Positions 1 to 11,625 of a DNA stretch of 64,000 nt are shown one piece after another. Location of the stretch: contig NC_090383.1 of the NCBI RefSeq assembly GCF_036365525.1, positions 92,632,164-92,696,163 of the forward strand, read 5' to 3'. A model generated the notes under the pieces. The model worked only from the letters and a program-made list of their open reading frames with translations, was not told where the DNA came from and made no database searches. The position numbers and the translations under genes were made by a program. The DNA is from Heterodontus francisci. Taxonomy: Eukaryota. Numbering within the stretch: the stretch's first letter is position 1; each line of letters begins with the position of its first letter.

Positions 1-291
1 CCATGGCAGAAGGTGAAATTTGAATTCAATTAATAAAATTAAAATCTGGTCTAATGGTGACCATTGTTGATTGTTGTTAAAAACCCATCTGGTTCACTAA
101 TGCCTTTAGGGAAGAAAATCTGCTCTCCTTACTTGGTCTAGCTTACATGTGACTCCAGACCCATATCAATGTGGTTGACTCTTAAAATGCCCTCTGAACT
201 GGCCTAGCAAGCAACTCAATTGTCAAGGGCAATTAGGGATGGGCAACAAATGCTGGCCTTGCCAGTGATGCTGACATCCCATTTAAAAAAA
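1..291 (+). mobile_element. tRNA-headed SINE, 5' part outside window; 3' tail identical to the CR1/L2-group LINE tail
   Basis: Body matches 50998-51398 and the head at 50013-50293; ends CAAGGGCAATTAGGGATGGGCAACAAATGCTGGCC..A-run like LINE ends at ~20650, ~49280, ~53210. Confidence 0.85.
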
Positions 292-429
292 TTATGAGGT
301 TATTTTTAGAGCTGGCCAATTGCCATTCGAAAGTTTGCAGGAAATTTAAAATAGCATCTGTAGAATGTTTCTGGACAGATAAATTTCATGCTAAATCCAT
401 GATTTAAGTACAGAATCCAGGTTTACAGA

Positions 430-770
430 GATATTAAAACACTAGTGCAGCACTGAGGATGTACTGTATTGTTTGAGATGCTGTCTTTCGGATGAAATCC
501 TGAACAAAGACCCTGTCTGCCTTTCAATTGGACTTTACAGAGCCCCTGTTACTATTAAAGTAGAGAGCTCTCCTAGTGTCCTGGCCAACATTCATCTCTC
601 AACCAAAGATGCACTAACTGGTAATTTATTCTGTGACTTGTCAGATTGTCCTGGGTGCCAAATGGCAGCAGTATCAGCCTACTTAACAAGAATCACTGCA
701 TTGCTAAGTTATTTATTGTTTATCAAGCATTTTGAGTGGCTTGTGCAAGAAATGATAAAATATGAAGGTG
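430..770 (+). mobile_element. Degraded Deu-domain SINE (SacSINE1/AmnSINE1-like)
   Basis: GTGTCCTGGCCAACATT..CTCAACC and CAAATGGC.GC motifs align by eye with 13205-13605. Confidence 0.65.
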
Positions 771-1189
771 TTTACATATTCCGCAAACATTACTATTCTT
801 ATATCAGTGGAACAAACACACACAACAAACCAAGCATCACTGTTTCATCTACTTGAAAGGGGATTCAGAACTCTTAAGTTTCTCAGTGCTATATAAAGCA
901 GTCGTATGTTCAAAAGCACTCCATAATGCAAAAAGAAAGTGCTAATTTCTGCTACTGACTCATGCAGAATATGATAATCACCTGGCAACAAAGACAACTG
1001 CCAAGCAACAGCAACTGCTGCAGCTAAAGCACTGCGTAATTTGCAGCCTCAGGGAAAAAAAGATTTGAAGCCAAATGTCACTATATCAGGTGCAACACTG
1101 ATTTTTTTTTTGGAAGGTGATCAGCTCACTGTGCTGCACTAACACAAGTGCAGGCAACTTTATTTAGTATCATTATCCTTTTTTCAGTC

Positions 1190-1550
1190 TTGCCCCTTTA
1201 TCTCTATTACCTTCTCCAGCTCAACAACCCTCCAAGACCGCTGCATTCCTCTTACTCTGGCCTCCTAGGCATCCGCAAATCTCCTTGCTCCACAATTGGC
1301 AGCCAGGCTTTCAGTCGACCTAAGCTCTCAAAACCACTCCTTAGACCTTTCCGCCTCTCCAACTCTGTCTTGTGCCTTAAGACCCTCCTTGAAACCTATC
1401 TTTCTGATCAAACTTTTAGTCACCAACCGCACCCTCTCCACCCCTCCCTCCCCCGCCTCACTCCCCAATGTTTCGATGTCAATCTTTGCCTGATAATGCT
1501 TCCTTGGGATGTTTTCCGATGTAAAAGGCACTATATAAATCTACGTTGTA
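1190..1550 (+). mobile_element. L2 LINE 3' fragment
   Basis: L2-like C-terminus (KTLLETYL) and tail CTTGGGATGTTT..AAAGGCACTATATAAAT; similar to 56660-57240. Confidence 0.65.
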
Positions 1551-1597
1551 AACACAGGCTAACCAAATAACACCCAATGCTTGAACACTGCTCCCAT

Positions 1598-1927
1598 TAA
1601 AGGCCTGCTTGGGTCTGCAAATGAAACCCGACCCAAGCCCAGCAGAACCACATCCGACCCGAGCCCAACCCGGCCAGAGTCCTTTGATTTTTTTCCCACG
1701 CCCGACCAGACCTAACCAACCACTGGAATAAAGTTGATTATATTAAATAGGTTGTGCTCTACCTTGGATGGAATCGCTCACTACAGACTCACGCGGAGTG
1801 TTTCCCGCATTGGCATCCTGGCTATCACTGTGTCCAACCCGGCCCGACCCGAGCCCGAATGCCGGACCCGGAAGAGCGACCCGACCCCGACACACGTCGT
1901 CGGGCCCGATCGGATAGCCATGCTCTA
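1598..1927. mobile_element. hAT-type MITE
   Basis: Perfect 8-bp TSD GCTCCCAT (1590-1597, 1928-1935); imperfect TIR TAAAGGCCTGC / TAGAGCATGGC; repeated CCCGACCCG subterminal motifs. Confidence 0.85.
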
Positions 1928-2624
1928 GCTCCCATGTCTTGCATCTCTATCACACTCCTGGTAAAAATACAAAAAAAGTTTATCACCTGATGGGTAACCA
2001 TTTTCTCCCCTCCAGCCTCCACCCACCTCACCTTCTCCTTCCTTGTGCGGATACCTAGGAGGCCAGAGTAGGAGGAATGCAGAGGTCTTGGAGAGTTGTC
2101 GAGCTGAAGAAGGTGATAGAGATAAAGGGGCAAGACTAAAAAAAAGGATAATGTAACTAAATAAAGTTGCCTGCAGTTGTATTAGTGCAGCACAGTGAGC
2201 TGATCATCTACAAAAAGAAAATCACCTGACATAGTGACATTTGGCTTCAAACCTTTTTTTCCAGAGGCTGCAAATTATGCAGTGCTTTAGCTGCAGCACT
2301 TGCTGTTGCCTGGCAGTTGTTTTTAATTGCCACCTATAATGATCCTTTAAAGTTTCCTCTTGTTTTTTGTTTTCACCATCTGACTCGGTTTCTTCTGCCT
2401 GTATCTTCAGTGTTGAGATCAACGTTTCTTTCCTAGTCTTTCAAAACAGTGAAAACCCTCTCCTCTCTGCCTTTCCATCTTTCCACAGGCATTAAAACAC
2501 AAAATTGCCATTAGAAAACCACTAATCATCTCATTTACCTACTTTATTCCTTTCGACTTTGGTGGTGTCCTGCACTATTTTGTTTCTTAGTTTAAAAAAA
2601 CTCCTAGTCCACATTCATTGAGAT

Positions 2625-2835
2625 CAAGAAACACGCCATTTGTCCCAGCTGGACTGTGCCGACATTAATACTCCACACAAGCCTCCTGCCAACCTATCAG
2701 CATATCCTTCTATTCCTTCCTCCCTCATGTACTTATCTAGCTTCCCCTTAAAGGCATTTATGCTATTCACCTCCATGATGGTAGCGAGCTCCATATTCTA
2801 TCCACTTTCTTGGTAACAAAGTTCTCCTGAATTCC
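2625..2835 (-). mobile_element. Old CR1 3' fragment
   Basis: Reverse complement resembles CR1 ORF2 end and 3' UTR (TTTAAGGGGAAGCTAGATAAGTACATGAGG). Confidence 0.55.
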
Positions 2836-3852
2836 GTTTCTCAAAATGGAGACTTTTGACCAGTGGTGTTCCACAGGGATCCGTGCTGGGACCACTGTTG
2901 TTTGTGATATACATAAATGATTTGGAGGAAAGTATAGGTGGTCTGATTAGCAAGTTTGCAGACGACACTAAGATTGGTGGAGTAGCAGATAGTGAAGGGG
3001 ACTGTCAGAGAATACAGCAGAATATAAATAGATTGGAGAGTTGGGCAGAAAAATGGCAGATGGAGTTCAATCAGGGCAAATGCGAGGTGATGCATTTTGG
3101 AAGATCCAATTCAAGAGTGAACTATACAATAAATGGAAAAGTCCTGGGGAAAATTGATGTACAGAGAGATTTGGGTGTTCAGGTCCATTGTTCCCTGAAG
3201 GTTGCAACGCAGGTCAATAGAGTGGTCAAGAAGGCATACGGCATGCTTTCCTTCATAGGACGGGGTATTGAGTACAAGGGTTTGCAGGTCATGTTACAGT
3301 TGTATAAGACTTTGGTTCGGCCACATTTGGAATACTGCGTGCAGTTCTGGTCGCCACATTACCAAAAGGATGTAGATGCTTTGGAGAGGGTGCAGAGGAG
3401 GTTCACCAGGATGTTGCCTGGTATGGAGGGCGCTAGCTATGAAGAGAGGTTGAGTAGATTAGGATTATTTTCATTAGAAAGACGGAGGTTGAGGGGGGAC
3501 CTGATTGAGGTGTACAAAATCATGAGAGGTATAGACAGGGTGGATAGCAAGAAGCTTTTTCCCCAGAGTGGGGGATTCAATTACTAGGGGTCACGAGTTC
3601 AAAGTGAGAGGGGAAAAGTTTAGGGGGGATATGCGTGGAAAGTTCTTTACGCAGAGGGTGGTGGGTGCCTGGAACGCGGGCACGATAGCGTCTTTTAAGA
3701 TGTATCTAGGCAGATACATGAATGGGCAGGAAGCAAAGAGATACAGACCCTTAGAAAATAGGCGACATGTTTAGATAGAGGATCTGGATCGGCGCAGGCT
3801 TGGAGGGCTGAAGGGCCTGTTCCTGTGCTGTAATTTTCTTTGTTCTTTGTTC
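2836..3852 (+). mobile_element. 5'-truncated CR1 (HER1-like) LINE, RT C-terminal half
   Basis: ORF 2856-3587 has GVPQGSVLGP, FADDTK, LVRPHLEYCVQFWSP; frameshift to 3568-3774; tail GGGCTGAAGGGCCTGTTCCTGTGCTG plus TTCTTTG repeats. Confidence 0.95.
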
Positions 3853-3907
3853 CATTATTGGACTTTGTTCGCAAGAATATTGCTAAGGTTTTAACTACCG
3901 TCACATA

Positions 3908-4649
3908 GGCCTGGATTTTAACCTGGAGGTAGGTTCTGTGCAAGGATGCTATCATGAGGTTGGGACGCCCAGAAGAATTTAACTGCAGGGCTGCTGTCGG
4001 GTTCCCACTCACAGGCAGCTTGACTGATAGGCTGGAGGCCACTCATACATGAAACTACTTCAAAGGGCCAAAACCTACAAGGGCAGGTAGATGTACTGGG
4101 GGAGTGAGAGATCGTCAGGGGAGGGGTGGTCATGTTGCAAGGATGGAGGGGCTCTGTATCGTGGGGGCAGGACAGGGAGGTATTCCATGGTGGTCCAGGG
4201 ATCATGATTGCGGGGAGGGGGGCATGGATAGTCCAAAGGTTGTTGAAGGTCAATAGTGATCAGAGAAATCATCGGAGTGAATTTGCTGAGTAGGTTGTTG
4301 GACCTGGAGGAAACACTCTTGCACTTCCTGCCCACAAGCAGTGCTGCAAAGGCACTTACTTCATGGATTTAGCCCCTCTCTTCCCTCTTTAAGCTTCTTG
4401 GTTTCCTGTGGCCTAGGAAACCCGACTGCCTGTGGTTAGCAATAGAATGTTAAAATGAAGGCACAGAGCCTGATTATAATATTTCAATCACAAAACTGCT
4501 TCCTATGACAGGATTACTTGCCCGCCTCTGTCCATGCGAACCGCAAGTGGCCGGGTTTGAGTCTGGTTCATATCCTGTTCAGGAGTGTTTGCATTTTAAC
4601 TTCTGACACGACCACAACCCACCCGTTTTTGGGAGTTAAAATTCAGCCC
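3908..4649. mobile_element. PIF/Harbinger-type MITE
   Basis: TIR GGCCTGGATTTTAAC / GTTAAAATTCAGCCC; 3-bp TSD ATA. Confidence 0.75.
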
Positions 4650-5016
4650 ATAAAATCCAGATAGCAAATGTTAAGTCAGTGATACAGTTGTAATGCAAAC
4701 CTGTGTTGAACTGCCTATACTTATTTCATTTAGGTCACTTGTAACCATTAGAGTGTGGAGACTTCATCCCATCAATCAACCCTGTATTCAAACTGAGATT
4801 CTAGAAGTCCAAGCACAGTATTTTAATGCACTGTACTTTACTTTCCAAATAATGAATAAAATGTTTGCCCAACAATTCTTCAATTGTCTCTTTAAAAGGA
4901 AGAGGTAAAAATAGATGCACATACTGTGTAGTCTTTCCATTGGACCTGGTCTGATGCTCAGACCATTAGATTAAACTACAGTAACCAAAAAGAAGAATCT
5001 TGAATTGGTTGTTGTA

Positions 5017-5160
5017 CATAAGAACATAAGAAACAGGAGGAGTAGGCCATTCGGCCCCTCAAGCCATTCAATAAGATCATGGCTGATCTGCCCCAGACCT
5101 CAACTCCTCTTTCGTGCCAGCTCCTCATAGCCCTCAACTCCCCGATATTTCAAAAATCTA
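5017..5160 (-). mobile_element. CR1 3' tail fragment
   Basis: AAGAACATAAGAA microsatellite tail followed by GTAGGCCATTCGGCCCCTC. Confidence 0.75.
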
Positions 5161-7879
5161 CTGTAGTTAAACATTGCCATGTCATTTTATCCCTTGTGTT
5201 TGCCAATGTGTTGTTTGCCTGCTCGTTACATAACTGATTCCTTCAAAAGAAGAAAATCCACAATTCTATTTTAGAGATCAGTTGGGGATTTCCAAAACAC
5301 TCATCTCTTTGATAACTGTTCCCACTAAATATACTCTACAGATTGTATTCAATCATGATGAAAGCTCCCATTTCTGACCTGTCAATTGTGTGTACAAAAA
5401 AGTATTAAGGCCCACTAAAGTCTCTCCTGCTACAGATTAAGCTTTGCTCCATAAGACTTTAATGGCATGAAATAACTGCACAAATAGCACTATCATGAGT
5501 AACACTATCCCATTTTAATCTGATAGACATTAACCTCTTAAATACAAGTGATGAATGTGCTACAATCATTTGATAAGTGTCAGTTTGGCTCATTTGTGAG
5601 TCAGAAGGCTGTGGTTTCAAGCCTCACTCCAGGATTTGAGCATGTAATCTAGGCTGATACTTCAGTGCAATATTGAGAGTGCTTCATTGTCAAAGATGCC
5701 GGCTTTCAGTTAATTCTGTTCCAAAACGATTAACAGGAAGGGCAGCTGAGTGAGGGATAGAGCAGTTTGCAAAAGAGCTTTCATTGGTACTGCTTTGTGA
5801 TTGAAAAAGAATGCACTTCCAATGGATAGTGCTGGTCCTGCCCTGTTACCATGTTCCCCTTCCCTCCACCCACACCCCTACTGTGGAAAATTCAAAATAA
5901 TAAAATGGTTCACCTAGTTTCCATCATTTCCTGGATTGGGTGCAGGCAAATATACAGAGTGACTAGTAGGGTGTAGGTTCCACCATCATTAATCTGCAAT
6001 GGCCTCACAAGCATTTCTGCACAACACAAGCACAGCCTGCCCCATGGTGAGCTGCAGTATGTCCAATTGCTTGCCAGCCCAGTACTTCTGAGTGTCTTTT
6101 CCTGCACTGTGTTCCTTGTGCTATTCCTTGCATAGATGGCATGGATGAGTCATTGCATTTGCAATACGGATATTTACTTACAATGATGAGGCACTCTTTT
6201 CAGTAGCCTGCTTAAGAATTCCATAGTTTGGTAGATGGATTCAAATGACAAATAGGCCTGTGACACAAGACTACTATAACCACCAGGGTAGCAATCACAG
6301 GCACTACTTCCTGGAAATACATACGTAACAACAGCATAGTTCAGTGTATGATTAAACTGGTAAGTTCACCTAATCAAATCTTTTGTCTTATTTTCAATCG
6401 TTTCACATCAACGTCACCCTTTCTTGATTAATACTTCCTATTTTTCCCTTAAGATTTTCACTTAGATATGTCAAAATTTTAAGCACAAAAACACACATAA
6501 AAACTTTAGGAGTGAAAGTCAGGCAAGAAACTGCTGATGAACTTGTGTGTAGCCACAACGAGGAGGCATTTAATATGAAGAGGACGTAGCTGATGCCAAG
6601 TAAGGTCAAACATATTTTACTGTATGCTTACACTTGAAGTACAATGGAATCGAACAGTGAAAATGAAGAGTAATATTCATGGAAACCATTAACAGAGGAG
6701 GGACAATATTTTCACAACTATTCCTGATCCCTAAACCAATCCTTACTCACAAGTTGCATGTGTCTCATCACAGACATCCTCTTATAGTGGCAACATGCAT
6801 TGCACCTGAACTCATCTAGCTTTATCATTGCAGGTCCTAGAGGCAGGATCCACCTCACCACCGTCCCCTCCCCCAGAGGAACTGGATGAGAAGGAAGAAT
6901 CACCTCGACAGGAAGAGGGGAAGAGCAAGGAAGGTACCACATTAATCACTACCACCATTGCAGGCACTAGGTCAGAGACTAGCGCAACTTAGAGGCTAAG
7001 GTAGAACACGGATCCCCACACTCGCACGCACTGGCCACTAGTGGCCAGCAGCCATGTCATGTGGAAGGGACACCACAGGTGCCACCTTGCCAGGAAAAAG
7101 CATCTCACCTCCTCCTCCAGATCAAGGTGGGCCCACAGTGAAATCCCCATGAGCAACATCTTCCTTTCTCCTGGTGACTCCAATAAGGTCTCCAATAAGA
7201 TACAGTAGCACTGCACTGACTCTTTTTAGGTGAAATCTACAGAGAACTTCCAGAAAAAAACAGTTGATAGTGTTGGTGGAGTATTGACAAAGCGTCCCAG
7301 AAAGTCTCTCAATGTGTATCAAAAGTCCTCTTCAAACATAGTGTAGTCAGTCAATTTCAATCAGCAAGTGAACAGTGAAAGCTGAGCATGGCTTTAAGTA
7401 GTGCTCACAATCCTCACCAATGACTTCTTTAGCCTTGTTCAGCTAGTCGCTTTTAGGAGAGGTCATTAATAGCGGCACTAGGCAGCAAAATGGCTTGGAG
7501 CCTTTTTAATGAGCATTAGAGGCATAAGCATCCTTGGAGCGCCCTTTCTTAGGGCATGCTGAAACTCCTTTACCAAGATAGCATCTTGCACTAAAGGTCA
7601 GCTAATCAGGTGCTGCAGCTCAAGGCCCCATCTTGACCATCTCAGAGGCTCTTTAATGCCTAAACTACCGGCCCTGTAGTGAGGAAAAATAGCCCTACAA
7701 TATCAACCTTGATACAGAGACAGAGTTGCCAAGTAGATATCAGCCGTTCCTTACACAGAGTGAGTTGGAGGAAATTCATGACAAGCCAGCTTGGGCTGAT
7801 CTCATACAGCTCCCATCCTCTCATCACACTGAAAATTAGTACCTTGTCTGGTGGAGAACTATGTGTGCAAATATACAAT

Positions 7880-8640
7880 GGGCTGAATTTTACCCTCGGC
7901 GGACGGGAGCCGTCCACCGACTGAAAAGTTGGTGGCGAACCAGTCACTGCCTGGCCTGGAGATCCGACCCACAATTTGCGGTTCCCAGGCCTTTAATTGG
8001 TCTGAGATGGAACTTCCACCTCATTGAGGCATGAAGCCCCGCCTAATGGAGCTGCCAGCCAATCAGTGGGCCTGCTGCTCACTGTTCCAGCAGCGCCACC
8101 AGGAGCGGTAGCTATTGCTGGGATGGCAACCCAGCCATGTGAAGTAAGATGAAGAGCGGCCCTGGGAAAAGCTACGTTTTTGGGGCCTGGCGCGGGTGAT
8201 CTGTCAGGTTCCCGGCAAGGCAAGGGTTGGCGATTGGGGGGTCAGGGGACATGTTGAGGGGGGTCAGGGGACATGTTGAGGGTGGTTGGGGCATCGGAGG
8301 TGGCCCTCTGTCGGACACAGCGTACCTGATCATGAGGGCCACCCCCCCCCCAGGCCGTCAGAAAGCCACCTACTTTTGTCAGCGGCACTAGGCAGCAAAA
8401 TGCCTCCCAACCGGCGAAGGGTAAAATCCCCATGGCTGCACTGGGGGCCCTTAAGTGGCCGTTAATTGGCCACTTAAGGGCTTTGATTGGCCTGGGGCAG
8501 GCAGCCCGTTTTTCACTGCTGCCGCCCTGCGTACAGTGGCGGCGTGAGTGGGTCAGGAAGGGCCCCCCGAGCCTCCCGCTCTATTTTAAGCCCCCCTCCC
8601 GCTCTTTGGGAAGGGGGGGGAGGGGTGTAAAATTCTGCCC
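7880..8640. mobile_element. PIF/Harbinger-type MITE
   Basis: TIR GGGCTGAATTTTAC / GTAAAATTCTGCCC; TSD AAT; internal palindrome TTAAGTGGCCGTTAATTGGCCACTTAA; homologous to 62375-63116. Confidence 0.85.
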
Positions 8641-9115
8641 AATATCTTGGGTTCATTTATAAGTCAGCATCACTTAAAGTACAAAATCTTGAAAATTTAA
8701 TATGTTCCTTATCAGTCAACATTATGAAAAAAACTGAGCTTGTGAACAGGACATCCTAATGATCCCAAAATGTACCATTTAGACACCAATCCTCATATTT
8801 TTGCCTGTTCGGCCAAACAAAGTTTAGTTAATGTTCAGTAGGTGGCTCGACGAATTTAAAACTTAGGCTCCAATATAAACATGTAGCTGACAAAGAGGCA
8901 CTGCTCTGCAGTGAAAATCATTGAAGTGCCAGCAGAAATTTAAAATCCATCTTTCATATACACAGGTGTTTGTTGGTGGTTTAGTAAAAATGTTACATGT
9001 GACAGCTTACCTGTGGAAGTGTAATGTGGGGAGCATTGATAGGCACGAGAACAAATCCGATGATCTGTCAACCAAATCACATTCCAACCATGACCGGACT
9101 GTTAATAAATACTCT

Positions 9116-9724
9116 GGCTCCTTCTGGAATGTGCCTTTGCAAAGAAGGTCTGGAAAGAGATGCAGTGGTTTTTGTCAAGGTTCATCCCAAGCAGCTCTGT
9201 AACACAGGAGTCTGTGCTCTACGGGCTGTTCCCAGGGACGCACACCGAGACAAACATCAACTGCTGCTGGAGGACTATCAATTCGGTGAAAGACGCCCTT
9301 TGGTCTGCCCGAAACTTGCTGGTCTTCCAGCGCAAAGAGTTGTCCACCACCGAATGTTGCAGACTGGCACATTCCAAGGCCCAGGACTACGTGCTGAGGG
9401 ACGCACTAAAGCTTGGGGCAGCCGCAGCAAAGGCTCAATGGGGAAAGACCACAGTGTAAGGTTCCCCCACCAAGCTGGACTGAGGGGCTGGATCACTGGG
9501 AAACCCCTCGAACTGTATCGTTAATATTCTCAATTGCTCTAAATGTAAAACTGTAATTGACATGACAATTGTGAAACGGAAGGGTTGGGAAGAAACTCAT
9601 GAGAGTATTGAAGGAAACTGATCTCCCTTGCAATGTTTGTATTTTTTGGTGCTGTTTGGAAACTGTTTGGCAATGTAATTTTTACAGATGTTTATGAATA
9701 AAGTATATTTTGGAAATAAAAAAA
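9116..9724 (+). mobile_element. Tx1/L1-clade LINE 3' fragment
   Basis: C-terminal region LLECAFAKKVWKEMQWFLSRF...WGKTTV; AATAAA and poly(A); TSD AAATACTCT (9107-9115, 9725-9733). Confidence 0.9.
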
Positions 9725-10471
9725 AAATACTCTACTCTTGGAGTTGCTTCTCAATGTTGATCATGTTTAGCCAGATTTGGCTGCAGTACACATTTTGTAA
9801 CGGTGATGTAGATCACCCAAAGCTTTACCTATCTGCTCATATGTCTTCAAACAACTTTCAGATTCTTTGTGTACCTTGTAGCCAACAGTAACACCACCAT
9901 TTCAAGCAAAGTAACAGTATGTCACACATATATTGCAGTCTGCTGCTCTTAGTTAAGAATTTCTGTTAGCTCAATACAATTTGAAAATGCAGAAACATTT
10001 TTTGTTACGCTTGCCATTTGTACCTTTTGAAGTGAATCATTTTCATTGGACATTCCTCTAAAGTGGATATGTTATAGTATAGATTGCAATTCTGCCTGGT
10101 TTACAGTCCAAACTGCACAGTCACCTTCTAAATGATATGGTGACTGGCTTCTACTAATTGTACAAATCACAGTAAATCAGAGAAAATCAGCAAAATTACA
10201 CTTCAGAAATTCTAAATCCACCATTAGAAGTGAATATTCTATTACTAACATTGGTTCTGCATTTTGCCTGGTCAGCTGAAATTTCTGATAGGTTATTTAA
10301 CACATACTAACCATAAGCAATTTAAAACCACTTGTTCTTGAAACGCTCCTTTTTATACATTGACCCCACTGACCGTTAATTGTTGTTTGCGGTGACGGAC
10401 TCTATTTTTTGCTTATACTATCTGTGTTCTTTCAGCAAGAGGCAAATACAAATATCAATATGTATACAAAT

Positions 10472-11388
10472 TCTTCTTTCTTCTTTCTTTTTCTTTTGGG
10501 CCTCCTTATCTCGAGAGACAATGGATACGCGCCTGGAGGTGGTCAGTGGTTTGTATGGAGTGACCTCTCCATGGCGCATGCCTGGGCAAATTTATGGAGG
10601 TTGAGAGTTGCCCAGTCGTCAAAACCCCCCTCTCGGCCTTTCTGGTGGGGTCCAAAGGAGTGCAGGACACGACGTTTGGCACCAGTATGGCTGCAGGAAC
10701 TGCCGGAAACATGCCAAAGGTGACACATGACCGCCTACGGGGTTCCGCTCCGGATTTTCTGTTAGGGTTTACTCCCTTAGCCTTGGTCTCTCCCGAGACG
10801 CCCACAAGGCAGTGGGGTTGTTGGGGCCCCTACACAGGTGTAGGATGGTGCCGGTGGGAGGAGGGGATGCAAGGGGGAGGGGTAGAGGGAGGGGTAGAGG
10901 GAGGGGGTGGGGGGGGGTGCAGGGGAAGGGGGTGCGGGGTGAAGATGGTGCGGGGGGGGGCGGGCTGGGACGGGGTTGTGAGGGGGTGAGCTGAGAGGGT
11001 GGAGCAGGGAAGGGGGGTAAAGGGGGGGGGAGGGGGGGTGGAATCTGGTGCAGGTAATAAGCCATTTCCTCAGTGCCCACCATCGACGTCCGGAAAGCTC
11101 ATCTACGTCCTTCGGGAGGTGAAGCATCATTTGGCAGACTTAGAGGTGGTTACATTTGCTAAGGGTTTTTTGCAGTGGTTTAAATAAAGGCATGCAGCAT
11201 TGCCGACAGTGCGCTGCAGATGCTCTCCGAGCCATCTCCCGCGGGCGCTTTGAAGTTGCGGCCGTGGGGGCCGTTCGTGGATGTTTTGGGTGTTCGGGGC
11301 ACCTTTTCACAGGACTTCTCTCGGGTCCCGCAGCTCCTTCTTCACCTCAATGGACTTACCGCATGCCGTGGCTGCAGACACTCTGGAC
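10472..11388 (-). mobile_element. Non-autonomous RTE derivative (unique head + C-rich tract + RTE 5' UTR + RTE 3' tail)
   Basis: TSD TGTATACAAAT (10461-10471, 11389-11399); ~10500-10555 matches RTE 3' end ~42265-42320; ~10556-10822 matches RTE 5' UTR ~45748-46015; GAA-type tail. Confidence 0.9.
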
Positions 11389-11464
11389 TGTATACAAATA
11401 CACCGAAAGAAAAGCAATTTAAACTAAATATAATACTGGCTTGGAACATCAAAGAAAAAAATGT

Positions 11465-11625
11465 GTAATAAAACAGAAAATGTTGGAAAACACTCAGCTG
11501 GTCAGGCTGCATCTGAAAGAGTAATGATGGATTAACAATTAAGGGTTTACATCTGAAATGCCAACCTGTCTTCTCTTTCAAATGCTGATTGAACTACTGT
11601 GCATTTATAGCATGGTGTGTTTTGA
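11465..11625. mobile_element. Degraded palindromic Penelope-type terminal repeat
   Basis: AAACAGAAAATG.TGGAAA.ACTCAGC.GGTCAGGC.GCATCTG followed by its diverged reverse complement; same family as 35380-35545, 23365-23430 and 60310-60370. Confidence 0.55.

Larger units (their letters stand above)
983..2332. repeat. Inverted duplication, arms ~983-1277 and ~2046-2332
   Basis: Arms are near reverse complements, e.g. CTGCAGCTAAAGCACTGC / GCAGTGCTTTAGCTGCAG; ORF track gives near-identical peptides on opposite strands (LPLYLYYLLQLNNPPRPLHSSYSGLLGIR vs PLYLYHLLQLDNSPRPLHSSYSGLLGIR). Confidence 0.9.

Noticed and set aside
1620-1900. Repeated CCCGACCCGAGCCC units as a CRISPR-like array
   Set aside because: Irregular spacing inside a TSD-bounded hAT MITE; eukaryotic context with no cas genes
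2625-2860. Twin-priming 5' inversion of the CR1 at 2836
   Set aside because: The minus-strand piece is a more degraded 3' end of a different CR1 subfamily, not upstream sequence of the same element
6700-7650. Possible Harbinger-derived remnant
   Set aside because: Composition is suggestive but I could not read a motif or terminus with confidence
8236-8279. 22-bp tandem duplication; homopolymer runs at 39664, 58891 and 59492
   Set aside because: Ordinary slippage features
10594-11187. Gly/Arg- or Pro-rich ORFs (also 46145-46571)
   Set aside because: Translations of G-run low-complexity DNA
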